In this document: positions 1 to 9,106 of the stretch, piece after piece | Layout of the letters: every line of letters begins with the position of its first letter | Numbering within the stretch: position 1 is the stretch's first letter | Source: Myxococcota bacterium | GTDB lineage: Bacteria > Myxococcota_A > UBA796 > UBA2385 | Length of the DNA: 64,000 bases | Assembly: GCA_044344255.1 (NCBI GenBank) | Contig: JBIJDH010000005.1 | Span: forward strand, 32,001-96,000 | Reading direction: 5' to 3' | Notes under the pieces: generated by a model | Seen by the model: the letters and a program-made list of their open reading frames with translations, nothing else | Told to the model about the DNA's origin: nothing | Database searches by the model: none | Program-made: the position numbers and the translations under genes

Positions 1-7
1 GGACGGC

Positions 8-718
8 GTGGTCGACCTCAAGGACAAGTGCCCGCTCGAGGCGGAAGATCGGGACGAGTGGAAGGACAAGGACGGCTGCCTAGACCCCGACAACGACGAG
101 GACGGGGTGCTTGACGCCGCCGACGCCTGTCCGGTGGAGGCGGGCCTCGCCGCGTTGGGCGGGTGCCCCGACTCCGACGGCGACAGCCTCGCCGACCGAA
201 AGGACGAGTGCCCCACCGAGGCCGGCCCCGTGGCCGCGCGTGGCTGCCCCGATCGGGACGGTGACAGGGTCCCCGACAAGCGCGACCAGTGCCCGGACGA
301 GGCGGTCGATCCCCGCAGCGACCCCGACCGCTCCGATGGCTGTCCGGCCCGAGTGGTCGTCACGACGGGCTCGATCGCCATCCTCGACAAGGTGTACTTC
401 GAGACGAACAAGGCGAAGATCAAGGCGGAGAGTGACACGCTGCTCAAGGAGATCGCGCAGGTCCTCCAGAAGAACCCCTACATCAAGCTCGTGGAGGTGG
501 CGGGGCACACCGATGATCAGGGCGTGGACAAGACCAACCTTCAGCTCTCCCAGGCGCGGGCGGAGGCGGTCGTGAACTGGCTGGTCAGCAAGGGCGGGAT
601 CGAGGCCAGCCGGCTCACCGCCAAGGGCTACGGCGAGACCCAGCCCATTGATACGAACGGCACCGCGGCCGGGCGCGCGAACAACCGCCGCGTCGAGCTC
701 AACATCCTCGAGCAGTGA
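8..718 (+). CDS. OmpA-family protein with thrombospondin type-3-like repeats (5' part probably outside the window)
   Basis: DxDGDG..D.CP repeats, then an OmpA_C domain (VYFETNKA, VAGHTDDQG, NLQLSQARA, GYGETQP, NRRVE). Confidence 0.9.
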   Translation: MVDLKDKCPLEAEDRDEWKDKDGCLDPDNDEDGVLDAADACPVEAGLAALGGCPDSDGDSLADRKDECPTEAGPVAARGCPDRDGDRVPDKRDQCPDEAVDPRSDPDRSDGCPARVVVTTGSIAILDKVYFETNKAKIKAESDTLLKEIAQVLQKNPYIKLVEVAGHTDDQGVDKTNLQLSQARAEAVVNWLVSKGGIEASRLTAKGYGETQPIDTNGTAAGRANNRRVELNILEQ

Positions 719-751
719 CAAGCTCGAGCAGTGACATATTTGACCAGTGAC
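707..751 (+). repeat. 16-bp-period tandem duplication over the OmpA stop codon
   Basis: CTCGAGCAGTGACA at 707-720 and 723-736; the CAGTGAC core recurs at 713, 729 and 745. Confidence 0.8.
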
Positions 752-777
752 GATCCTCTTCGATTGAGGTCTCTCCG

Positions 778-1590
778 ATGCGACTCCCTACCCTTGTCCT
801 CCTCCTTGTCCTCTCTCCTCCTGCGCTGGCCGCCGACGACGTCGATACGGATGGGGATGGCCTCACCGACGCGGAGGAGGTCGCTCTGGGGAGCAGCACG
901 CTCCGCCCGGACACGGATGGAGACGGCCTCACCGACGGCTTTGAGGTGGCCGGTCAGGTCGAAGACCCCCCGGACCACGACAGCGACGGTGTCGCCGACC
1001 TCCGCGACGGCGATGACGATGGGGATGGCCTGTCCACCGCCCAAGAGCTCGGGGAGGACTTCGATCCGGCCGATCCCAGCACCGCCGAGGACTGGGACGA
1101 AGACGGAACCCCCGACTACCTCGACCTCGACTCCGACGACGATGACGTGAGCGACGACGGTGAGGTGGAGGGGGACACCGACGGCGACGGCGCCCCCGAC
1201 CGCCACGACGAGGACGACGACGGCGACGGCCTCCCCACCGCCACCGAGCATCACGCCGACCGCGACGGCGACGGCGACGAGGATCCCCACTGCGACAGCG
1301 ACGGCGTCGAGAACAGCCTCGACCTCGACTCGGACGACGACGGGGTCCTCGACGCCGACGAGGGGGAGGGAGACGCCGACGGTGACGGCGCACCCGCCTT
1401 CTGTGACGACGACGAGGGCGCCGACGGCCTCTTCGACAGCGGGGAGCCCGAGCCGGAGGTCGATCCGCTGGTCGGGGCGAAGCTCCAGGGCTCGGGGGTG
1501 GGCAACTGCGCTCAGGCCCCCGCCCCGACGGGGCTCGGCGCGGCGCTGGTGGGCCTCCTCGGCCTCTTCTGGCGCCGACGCCGAGCGTAG
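778..1590 (+). CDS. Asp-rich Ca-binding (TSP3-like) repeat surface protein with MYXO-CTERM-like sorting tail
   Basis: Signal peptide, many DxDGDG repeats, C-terminal GSGVGNC-AQAPAP-hydrophobic helix-RRRRA. Confidence 0.85.
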   Translation: MRLPTLVLLLVLSPPALAADDVDTDGDGLTDAEEVALGSSTLRPDTDGDGLTDGFEVAGQVEDPPDHDSDGVADLRDGDDDGDGLSTAQELGEDFDPADPSTAEDWDEDGTPDYLDLDSDDDDVSDDGEVEGDTDGDGAPDRHDEDDDGDGLPTATEHHADRDGDGDEDPHCDSDGVENSLDLDSDDDGVLDADEGEGDADGDGAPAFCDDDEGADGLFDSGEPEPEVDPLVGAKLQGSGVGNCAQAPAPTGLGAALVGLLGLFWRRRRA

Positions 1591-1636
1591 ATCGGGCAGC
1601 CGGCGGGCGGGTGGAGCTGGCCTGCGATGGATTCGC

Positions 1637-2767
1637 TCATCCAGGCCGGTCGGACGGCTCGGTCGGGTCGGTCGGCTCGACGCCCGCGACCGCGAGCCCC
1701 AGGGCGGCGCCGCGGGCCCGCGCGCGGGCGGCCATCTCGGGGGTGGTCTGGTACCAGTTGATGCCCCCGCAGCCGGCGCAGACCCCCTCGAAGCGCCCAG
1801 CGAGCTGCTCCAGCCGCAGGCGGGTGAGCGTCGGGCCCTCCCAGAGGGTCCGAAAGGAGTCGAGGGCGAGGGAGCCCAGGCGGAGCTCGCTCTGGAGATC
1901 GGCGCAGCAGGCCTGCAGCGCGCCGTCCTGGCGGATCACGGGCGTCAGCCACAGGGCCGGGCAGGCCCCTCGACCGCCACGGTGGCCGTCATCCTCCACC
2001 CAGGGGCGCTGCTCCCAGACGAGGATGTGGGCGTTCCCCACACGACCGGGGCGGATCCCGGCGCCGAGCACGTGCCGCTCGTAGAGGGCGTCCGCCGCCG
2101 CCTGCCCCGCGGCCCCGCCGCCGACGCTGAGGCGCTTGAACAGGATCTCGTCGTGCCAGCGGGTGGCGTCCCCTTGGCAGGCGAGGAGGTCAGACCAATA
2201 GCGGAGGAAGTCGGCGGCCTCTTCGGCGTTGCCGGGCTGGACCACGAACTGGAGCTGGGTGTTGACCCGGGCGCCCGTCTCCCGCCGACGTCGGAGCAGG
2301 TGGCGGACGTTCCGTCGCACGCGGGCGAGGGCGTCCCGGCCCTTCACGAAGGTGTAGGTGGCCTCGGTGTGGGCGTCGAGGGTGAACACGAGGAGCAGCG
2401 GCGGCCCCTCGGCGGGGAGGGCGTCGAGGAGGGCGTCGAGGCGCGCCGGGGTGAGCAGGATCCCGTTGCTGTCCACCCGCAGGTAGCCGACCCGGCCGGC
2501 CAGCCGGCGCGCGGCGACCGCGACCAGCTCGGGCAGGGCTGGGTGGAGGGAGGGGTCTCCGAGCCACTGGAAGATGATGTGGTCGAAGCGGAGGTCTTCC
2601 TGGACGAGCCCGTCTACGATCTGAGACCAGCGCGCGGGATCGAGGTAGCCCTTGGCGAGGCCGTGAACGGTCTCCCAACCCTCGTGGTGGGGCGCGCACA
2701 TTCGGCAGGCGAGGTTGCAGTGGTCGGTGGGCTCCACTTGGAGCACGCCGTCGCCGGTGGGTTGCAT
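1637..2767 (-). CDS. Radical SAM protein with SPASM/twitch-like C-terminal domain
   Basis: CNLACRMC (CxxxCxxC), GDPSLHP, C-terminal CPALW..DGALQACCAD..LGSL..W..CAGC. Confidence 0.88.
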   Translation of the reverse strand: MQPTGDGVLQVEPTDHCNLACRMCAPHHEGWETVHGLAKGYLDPARWSQIVDGLVQEDLRFDHIIFQWLGDPSLHPALPELVAVAARRLAGRVGYLRVDSNGILLTPARLDALLDALPAEGPPLLLVFTLDAHTEATYTFVKGRDALARVRRNVRHLLRRRRETGARVNTQLQFVVQPGNAEEAADFLRYWSDLLACQGDATRWHDEILFKRLSVGGGAAGQAAADALYERHVLGAGIRPGRVGNAHILVWEQRPWVEDDGHRGGRGACPALWLTPVIRQDGALQACCADLQSELRLGSLALDSFRTLWEGPTLTRLRLEQLAGRFEGVCAGCGGINWYQTTPEMAARARARGAALGLAVAGVEPTDPTEPSDRPG

Positions 2768-2773
2768 CGGGGC

Positions 2774-2779
2774 AGTCTA
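2774..2779 (-). promoter_or_regulatory. -10 hexamer TAGACT 6 nt upstream of the radical SAM ATG (leaderless-type promoter)
   Basis: Minus strand reads TAGACT-gccccg-ATG; no Shine-Dalgarno. Confidence 0.6.
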
Positions 2780-2811
2780 CCCGGCTCGGCTGGCGCGGTC
2801 GGGCGGCGGCC

Positions 2812-4293
2812 TCAATCCCCCAGCCGGCCGCTGCGGAGGTCGTAGCGCTTGATGAGGCGGTGGAGCACGTGGCGGCTGGAGAGGCCGAGCTCGGCGATCA
2901 CCTCGGCCTGTCGCCCGTGGTGGCGATCGAGGGCCTCCTGGACCCGCTCGGCGGGGATGCTGAGCGGATCAACCCCGACCGCGCTCGCCCGGGGCCCGGC
3001 GGAGGGAGGGTCGTCGGTGCGCTCCTCGAGGTCAACCCAGGTGTCGAGGGCCGCGCCGGACTGGCCGAGTGAGGTCCACAAGAGCGACTCGAGCTCGCGA
3101 ATATGCGTGGTGTAACGTCTGCGTAACAGGCCGCGCATCAGCGTCGCCGTGAGGCGGGGAGGCCGCTCGAGGTCTCCCTCCGGGAAGCAGCGCAGCGCGA
3201 TGGCGGGGTCCGAGCGGCCGATCCGGATCAGCAGGTGCCGCACGAGGAGGGGGATGTCGTCGCGGCGCTGGTTGAGGTCTGGCAGCTCGACCCGCAGGCG
3301 GAAGCGGGCGAGCACGTCCTCTTTGAGGGCAGACTCGGGCCGGTTGGTGGCGGCGATCAGGCGGAGGTCGGTGTGGCGGGGCCGGGCGTCGCCGAGGCGG
3401 TGGTACTCGCCTTGATCGAGGACCCGGAGCAGGTGCGACTGGGCGGCGAGGGGGAGCTCACCGAACTCGTCGAGGAAGAGGGTCGAGCGGTCGGCCTCGC
3501 CGATGAGGCCCGGCCGCTCGGCCATCCCGGGGTTTGGGTAGCTCTTGGCGTTGCCGAACAGCTCGGCGTCGACGAGCCCGTCGGGGATGGTGGCGGCGTT
3601 CCGAGAGACGATGGGGCGTCCCGCGCGGGGAGACAGGGCGTGGATGGCCTGGGCGACCAGCTCCTTGCCGGCGCCGCTCGGGCCGCGCACGAGCACGTGG
3701 GCGGGGCGGGGTCCCACGAAGGCGACCCGGTGCCGGAGCTCCCAGGCGGCCGCGCTCTCTCCGACGATGCCGAAGGCGTCCGCCTGGCCGAAGGGGAAGT
3801 CTGGCCACGCGGCCGAGCCTGCGGGCGGCGCGGGGAGCGTCCAGGGGCGGGCCGTGCACAGGAAGAGGGCGACCCCCTTCAGCTCGACCAGATCGCCGGG
3901 CTGGAGTTCGGCGGCCTCGGTTGAGAGTCCGTTGACGAGCAGCGGGCAGCGGCCCACGTTCTGCACGCGGAGCCCGCCCCGTCGGCCCTCGAAGCGGAGC
4001 TGGTCGCGGGAGATCTGGGGCGCTTGCAGCGTGCTCGTCCGCTCGGCGCGGCCGGGGCGAGGGCGGCCGAAGGTCACCCGGCTCGATCCATCTCCGGCCG
4101 GCCCGGATGAGCGGCCGAGCGTCGCTGAGCCGGGGGTGCCGCCCGGTACGAGCGCGATCTCGCCCACCCGCTCGCCCTCGTCCTTCGACCAGGCGAGGCA
4201 GAGGGCGGTCACGAGCTCGGAGGAGGGGCGACGGCCCTCGACCTCTCCGTCATGGGTGGTGTCGTCGATGGGGAGGGTGGCGCCAGCGGTCAC
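2812..4293 (-). CDS. FHA-domain sigma54-interaction-type AAA+ transcriptional regulator lacking the GAFTGA loop
   Basis: FHA-like LGR..ISR..NG region, Walker A GPSGAGKE, ELFG, Walker B LFLDE, LIAATNR, C-terminal HTH; GTG start directly follows the upstream stop. Confidence 0.88.
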   Translation of the reverse strand: MTAGATLPIDDTTHDGEVEGRRPSSELVTALCLAWSKDEGERVGEIALVPGGTPGSATLGRSSGPAGDGSSRVTFGRPRPGRAERTSTLQAPQISRDQLRFEGRRGGLRVQNVGRCPLLVNGLSTEAAELQPGDLVELKGVALFLCTARPWTLPAPPAGSAAWPDFPFGQADAFGIVGESAAAWELRHRVAFVGPRPAHVLVRGPSGAGKELVAQAIHALSPRAGRPIVSRNAATIPDGLVDAELFGNAKSYPNPGMAERPGLIGEADRSTLFLDEFGELPLAAQSHLLRVLDQGEYHRLGDARPRHTDLRLIAATNRPESALKEDVLARFRLRVELPDLNQRRDDIPLLVRHLLIRIGRSDPAIALRCFPEGDLERPPRLTATLMRGLLRRRYTTHIRELESLLWTSLGQSGAALDTWVDLEERTDDPPSAGPRASAVGVDPLSIPAERVQEALDRHHGRQAEVIAELGLSSRHVLHRLIKRYDLRSGRLGD

Positions 4294-6039
4294 TCAATCA
4301 CCCTGTCCAAAGTAGAGGTGTCCGAGATCGTTGGAGGAGTCCGAGACCAGCAGGCCATCCACTCCAGGCCCCGACGCGTCGGGGAGGCGCGCCAGGGTGA
4401 GCCCGAAGTGGGGGTGGTCGGCCTCGGGGGTGAAGGTCGCGGTCGCGCCGGGGCCGTCCGGGGAGAGGGGGCCGTAGTAGACCGTCACCTGCTCGAGCAG
4501 GCCGTCCTGTCCGGTCATGTACGCGTTGTCGCTCGCCGCGAGGTCGCGCTGTCCGTCACCGTCGAGGTCGAGGGTGGTCAGGCTGAGCCCGAAGGCGCTC
4601 CCGAGCGCGCCCCGGCTGTCGAAGGCGGTGTCACCGTCGGCCAGCAGGAGCACGCCCGCCTCCAAGGGGCCGGGGAAGAGGTAGACCACGCCGCCGCTGT
4701 CGTCCGACCACATGTTGGGGGCGGACACGACGAGATCGACGGCGTCGTCGCCCGTGAGCTCGGCCACCTCGACCGCGGCACCCCAGTCGCCCGAACCGAG
4801 CCCGTCGCTGTGCACCCGGGACCAGGCGTCGGCGCTGGTGCGCGCCAGGGCCTCGTCGTCGAGGCTGCGCTTGAACCAGAACCCGGCGCCGGTGGTGATG
4901 CCGTCTCTCCCGCTGGTGACGAAGAGCTCGTCCTGCCCGTCACCATCTGCGTCTCCGCTGGTGATGCGGAGCCCGAGGTTGTCGCTCGCGGTGGCGCCGT
5001 CGATGCGCCAGGAGAGGTCGCTCAGCGTGAGGTCACCGCTCAGGGGCGCGTCGTCGCCGAACAGGACGTCGACCCGGCCGGCGCTGGCGGCGCCCGACAG
5101 GCCGGTGGCGCGTTCGTCGGTGACCCCGAGCTCGGGGAGGCCGTCGCCGTCCAGATCGCCGAGGGCGCGGAGGTCGGTGCCGAAGGAGTCCTGCCGCTCG
5201 TCCACGTCGGCCGCGCTGACCGTGTCGGGCGCGAAGACGCGCGCGACCCGCTGGACGGCCTCGCCCGCGCCGGGGTCTCCGAGGTCATAGAGGTAGAGCG
5301 CGGGGGTGAAGCCGCGGTGGGCGGTGACCACGCGGGGCGCGCCGGCGATCCAGGCGGCGGCCCCCGAGGTGAGCTCGGTCGTGTCGTCGATCACCCACGT
5401 GGCCGTGGCGCCGGGGACGGTGACGCCGGGGGCCCAGCTCGCCTCGCTCGGCAGGATGGCGAGGCTCTGGGCGGCAGAGCCATAGAACCACTGACCGAAG
5501 GCGACCTCGGGCCGTCCGTCGCCGTCGAGGTCGGGCCAGCCGAAGATGACCGAGTTGATGTCGAAGGTGTAGTCGAAGGTGAAGGTGAGACCGCCATCCC
5601 AGGGCTGCTCACCCTCGAGCCGGCAGGCGTCGGTGACGGCGCAGTCTTGATCGACCCCGTCCCCGCAGACCTCCTCGGCGCCCGGGCGGGCGGCGGCGGA
5701 GGTGTCGTCGCAGTCGCCGCCCTCGAGGGTGGTGCCGGCGGCGCCGGGGCAGGCGGGCACGGACTGCTGGCCGAAGCCGTCGCCGTCCGCGTCGATGAAG
5801 GCCTCGATCGTGACACCCTCGTCGACGGCCCCGTCGCAGTCGTCGTCGGCCTCGTTGCAGCGCTCGTCGGCGCCGGGGTGGCGCTGGGCGTCGTCGTCGT
5901 CGCAGTCCCGCTCGGCCCCCTCGCTGACGCCGGACCAGCCGTCGCCGTCTCGATCCGGCCTCATGGGGTCGCAGCCGAGGCCGGCGATCAGGAGCCAAGC
6001 CGTCCAGCGGGGCCGGAGCACGAGGAGGGAACTACTCAT
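4294..6039 (-). CDS. Lipoprotein with MopE-like (DCDD..PGA.E.C) repeats and FG-GAP/integrin-alpha-like propeller
   Basis: Lipobox GLGC, DCDDDDAQRHPGADERCNEADDDCDG, repeated GDLDGDG..ELxV motifs. Confidence 0.85.
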   Translation of the reverse strand: MSSSLLVLRPRWTAWLLIAGLGCDPMRPDRDGDGWSGVSEGAERDCDDDDAQRHPGADERCNEADDDCDGAVDEGVTIEAFIDADGDGFGQQSVPACPGAAGTTLEGGDCDDTSAAARPGAEEVCGDGVDQDCAVTDACRLEGEQPWDGGLTFTFDYTFDINSVIFGWPDLDGDGRPEVAFGQWFYGSAAQSLAILPSEASWAPGVTVPGATATWVIDDTTELTSGAAAWIAGAPRVVTAHRGFTPALYLYDLGDPGAGEAVQRVARVFAPDTVSAADVDERQDSFGTDLRALGDLDGDGLPELGVTDERATGLSGAASAGRVDVLFGDDAPLSGDLTLSDLSWRIDGATASDNLGLRITSGDADGDGQDELFVTSGRDGITTGAGFWFKRSLDDEALARTSADAWSRVHSDGLGSGDWGAAVEVAELTGDDAVDLVVSAPNMWSDDSGGVVYLFPGPLEAGVLLLADGDTAFDSRGALGSAFGLSLTTLDLDGDGQRDLAASDNAYMTGQDGLLEQVTVYYGPLSPDGPGATATFTPEADHPHFGLTLARLPDASGPGVDGLLVSDSSNDLGHLYFGQGD

Positions 6040-6049
6040 GTGCGGCTCC

Positions 6050-7231
6050 CTAAAATTGGCCCGAGAGCCGCAGCACACCCGGCACGGGAAGGCTGAGCGA
6101 GAGGGAGGGCCCCATGGAGAGGCCGACCCCGGTCAGCGCGGCCCCGAGGGTGGCGACGCCGGCTGATCCGTAGATCCAGACCCGACGGGTGCGGGCGGCG
6201 CCGAGGGCCTCGTAATACTCGGCGTCTGAGCTTGTCTCTGTGTCGTCGCGCGTGAGGAGGCTCCAGCCGAGGCCGCCGAGCGCCCCCGCCGCGCCGACGC
6301 TGAGGGCGGTGACGCCCGCCGAGCGCAGGGCCGTCGCCCTGCGGGCCCGCGCGAGCTCCGCCGCCGAGGCGGTGCCGATGCGCTGCCAGGTGCCGGGGCC
6401 CCGCCAGACGATGCCCTTCACCTCGACGTAGACGACCTCCGATCCGGAGAGGCGCGAGGCGGCGATAGCGTCGAGGGCGGCGGCCCCCTCGGGGAGGTCG
6501 ACGCTGTCGAGGAGCACGGCGCCGTCCCCCACGAGGGCCACGCCGTCGTCGGCCCGGAGGTCGATGAGGGCGGTCCAGGTGGCCTCGCCTGCGATCTGGA
6601 CGAGGTGCTGGCCGGCGGGCAGCTTCAGCCGTGGGCCGTCCATGAGGTTGCCGTCGACCACGAGGGTGCCCTTCGCGGCGACGTCGGAGAGCACCGAGAG
6701 GGTGCCCTCCCGCCGTTGACGGGAGGAGAGCTCGTCGAAGAGGGGCTTGGCCTCTGCGGAGTGGCGGGTGGGGTAGACGAAGCTGCGGTCGTAGTCGAGC
6801 ACGCGGAGGAAATTGCGCTCGGCTGCGGCGCTGTCACCGAGGGCGTAGGCGGAGAGGCCGCGGAGGAAGTGGAGCTGCGCGCCGAGCGAGCGCTCGACCG
6901 TGCCCTTGAGGCAAGGGAGCTGGGCGATCGCCTGGTCGAGCAGGGGGAGGGCGCGCTCGAAGTCCTGGCGGACGATGCGGGGCTCGACCTTGTTGCTGGC
7001 GATGTCCCAGAGGCTCAGCACCTCCACCCCGGGGCCTGGACAGGCGGGGGGCTGCGGACCTCCGACCACGGTGATCGAGCCGGTGAGCAGGGTCTCAATG
7101 GAGATGAGGACGAAGGCGTCGTCGGGCTCCCCGGTGACCCGCCCCACCGCGGACAAGGCCTCTGCGCCCGTCCCAGCGTGCAGGACGGGGTCAGCCGCGA
7201 GGGCGAAGGCGGGGAGCAGGAGGGCGAACAA
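6050..7231 (-). CDS. Exported TPR/PEGA-like protein (paralog of 20136-21362)
   Basis: Signal peptide, helical LPCL..LHFLRGL segment, PEGA-like GTLVVDG..LPAGQHLVQI, two hydrophobic segments, terminal LRLSGQF. Confidence 0.7.
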   Translation of the reverse strand: MFALLLPAFALAADPVLHAGTGAEALSAVGRVTGEPDDAFVLISIETLLTGSITVVGGPQPPACPGPGVEVLSLWDIASNKVEPRIVRQDFERALPLLDQAIAQLPCLKGTVERSLGAQLHFLRGLSAYALGDSAAAERNFLRVLDYDRSFVYPTRHSAEAKPLFDELSSRQRREGTLSVLSDVAAKGTLVVDGNLMDGPRLKLPAGQHLVQIAGEATWTALIDLRADDGVALVGDGAVLLDSVDLPEGAAALDAIAASRLSGSEVVYVEVKGIVWRGPGTWQRIGTASAAELARARRATALRSAGVTALSVGAAGALGGLGWSLLTRDDTETSSDAEYYEALGAARTRRVWIYGSAGVATLGAALTGVGLSMGPSLSLSLPVPGVLRLSGQF

Positions 7232-7243
7232 CCGGGCCTCGAG

Positions 7244-8830
7244 TCAGGAGCAGTCCATCTCACGGTCGAAGTCGTAGCACACCGTGGCGGTCCCCTCTGC
7301 GGGCACCTCCACCGAGCGCTCGAAGGCTTGACCCTGGTGGACCAGCTTCACCTTATGCCGCCCGGTGGTCACCCGCCCGTCGAAGCGGTGCGCCCCGAGG
7401 GCGGCGCCGTCGAGGTAGAGGGTGACCTCGGAGGCGGGCGCGGCGGAGATGCGCAGCCGCCCGGTCTTTGTGCTGTGGTTGTCGGCCTTGGGCGGCGGCT
7501 CTTCGGGGCGGGCGGCCTCCGCTGGGGGAACCTCCTTGGCAGGAGGCCGGGGCGACCGGGGGGAGGCCTGGGGAGCGGCGGCCGTGGGGGAGGCGGCCGG
7601 CGCCTCGATCGGAGCGGCCTCCTCGACGGGCGCCTCTGCCTCTGCGAGCTGCGTCTCGTGCGGCGGGATCGGCGCGCGCTGCTGTCCGGCCGAAGACGGG
7701 GGAGCCCTTCCGATCCAGAGCACGGCGCCGACGCCGAGCAGGGCCCCGAGGGCGCAGAGCGCCGCCACCGCCGCTGCGATGGACCAGAGGGAGCGCCGCG
7801 GACCCACCGGGAGCAGAGAGCCGTCGAAGGTGTCGGCGCTGGGGGCGCGGCGGCGCGCGGCCTCGGGGTCGTCGACCCCGGTGCCCGCGGTGGCCGGAGC
7901 GGGCGCGGTGGCGGGGGCCTCGGTGGGCGGCACGTCGGCGGTGGCGCCAGCGGGGGCGTCGCTGGCGGGGTCACCGATGCTGAAGTGGCCGTTCGGCAGG
8001 ACGGTGTGGTCGGGATCGATGCCCGGCCACGCCGCGAGGACCGCCCCTGCGTCGCGGAAGCGGTCGCCCGGCGCGAAGGCCATGCAGCGGCGGAGCAGGG
8101 CCTCGAGCTCGGGGGACAGGCGGGCCCCGAGGCGGCGGGGGTCCTCCCAGGCGCCCTGGGCCACCTTGTTGACGATCTCGAAGAGGTTTCCGGTGAAGGC
8201 GGGGCGCCCGCAGATCAAGTGGTAGAGCAGGCAGCCGAGGGAGTAGACGTCGGCCCGCGCGTCGACCTGCCGGGCAGAGCGGAACTGCTCGGGCGCCATG
8301 TAGCCCGGGGTGCCCATCGCGATGCCGCTGCGGGTGCCGGTGTGCCCGTCTTGTACGACCTTGGCGATGCCGAAGTCGGTGACGCGGGGGAACCAGCTCC
8401 CCTCGGCGCTGCGGCTGAGCAGCACGTTGCTCGGCTTGATGTCGCGATGGACGAGGCCGCGCGCGTGGGCCTCGGCGACGCCGGCGAGCACGCCGCGCAT
8501 GAGGCTGTCGATCTCGGAGACCGTGAGGCGGCGCTCGTCGAGCAGGGCCTGGAGCGAGGGCCCATCGACGAAGTCCATCACCAGGGCGGGCTGACCGTCG
8601 AGGAGGATGACGTCGGTGACGGGGACGACGTTGGGGTGCCGAAAGGCGGCCTGGAGCTGCCCCTCGCGTACGAGGCGCTCCATCAGGGAGCGGCGGGGGA
8701 CCGGCACCACCTTGAGCGCGTGCAGGCTGTGCAGCGTCGTGTGGCGCACCCGGTAGACGACCCCCATGCCGCCCTCCGCGAGGAGGGACTCGACCTGGTA
8801 GCGATCGACGATGGAGCCGGTGACGAGCAT
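7244..8830 (-). CDS. Membrane Ser/Thr protein kinase (Hanks type) with C-terminal PEGA-like domain
   Basis: GGMGVVY, ALK, HRDIKPSN, DFG, GTPGYMAPE, TM helix, Pro/Ala linker, terminal VCYDFDREMDCS. Confidence 0.93.
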   Translation of the reverse strand: MLVTGSIVDRYQVESLLAEGGMGVVYRVRHTTLHSLHALKVVPVPRRSLMERLVREGQLQAAFRHPNVVPVTDVILLDGQPALVMDFVDGPSLQALLDERRLTVSEIDSLMRGVLAGVAEAHARGLVHRDIKPSNVLLSRSAEGSWFPRVTDFGIAKVVQDGHTGTRSGIAMGTPGYMAPEQFRSARQVDARADVYSLGCLLYHLICGRPAFTGNLFEIVNKVAQGAWEDPRRLGARLSPELEALLRRCMAFAPGDRFRDAGAVLAAWPGIDPDHTVLPNGHFSIGDPASDAPAGATADVPPTEAPATAPAPATAGTGVDDPEAARRRAPSADTFDGSLLPVGPRRSLWSIAAAVAALCALGALLGVGAVLWIGRAPPSSAGQQRAPIPPHETQLAEAEAPVEEAAPIEAPAASPTAAAPQASPRSPRPPAKEVPPAEAARPEEPPPKADNHSTKTGRLRISAAPASEVTLYLDGAALGAHRFDGRVTTGRHKVKLVHQGQAFERSVEVPAEGTATVCYDFDREMDCS

Positions 8831-9027
8831 GCCGCCGTAGCGTATCACCGGGCGGCTGGAGTCCCGCTCACCGGCCCGCCGCGCGCCCCGTCCTCCGCGC
8901 CTCGTCCTCCGCGCGCCGTGCGCGCAGGCGCGCGCCGGCCCGCGCAGGGTCCCGAGCGGTGCCCCGAGCGGGTGGCGGATGCGCGTCTATGGCGTGCGGA
9001 TGGACCTCCTCGCGAGCGAGGGAGGCC

Positions 9028-9043
9028 TGGCACGGAAGGTGCT
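9028..9043 (+). promoter_or_regulatory. sigma54 (-24/-12) promoter upstream of the RCC1-repeat gene
   Basis: TGGCACG-GAAG-GTGCT with GG-N10-GC spacing, ~60 nt before the ATG at 9107. Confidence 0.7.
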
Positions 9044-9106
9044 TTGGGTCTCCTCGCGGTGTGAAGCGCCGCCCGGTCCGCCTGACTCACCTCGAGGAAA
9101 ACACCT

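Noticed and set aside
1637..2767. RiPP biosynthetic cluster around the radical SAM/SPASM gene
   Set aside because: No credible short precursor ORF, RRE/PqqD domain, peptidase or dedicated exporter nearby.
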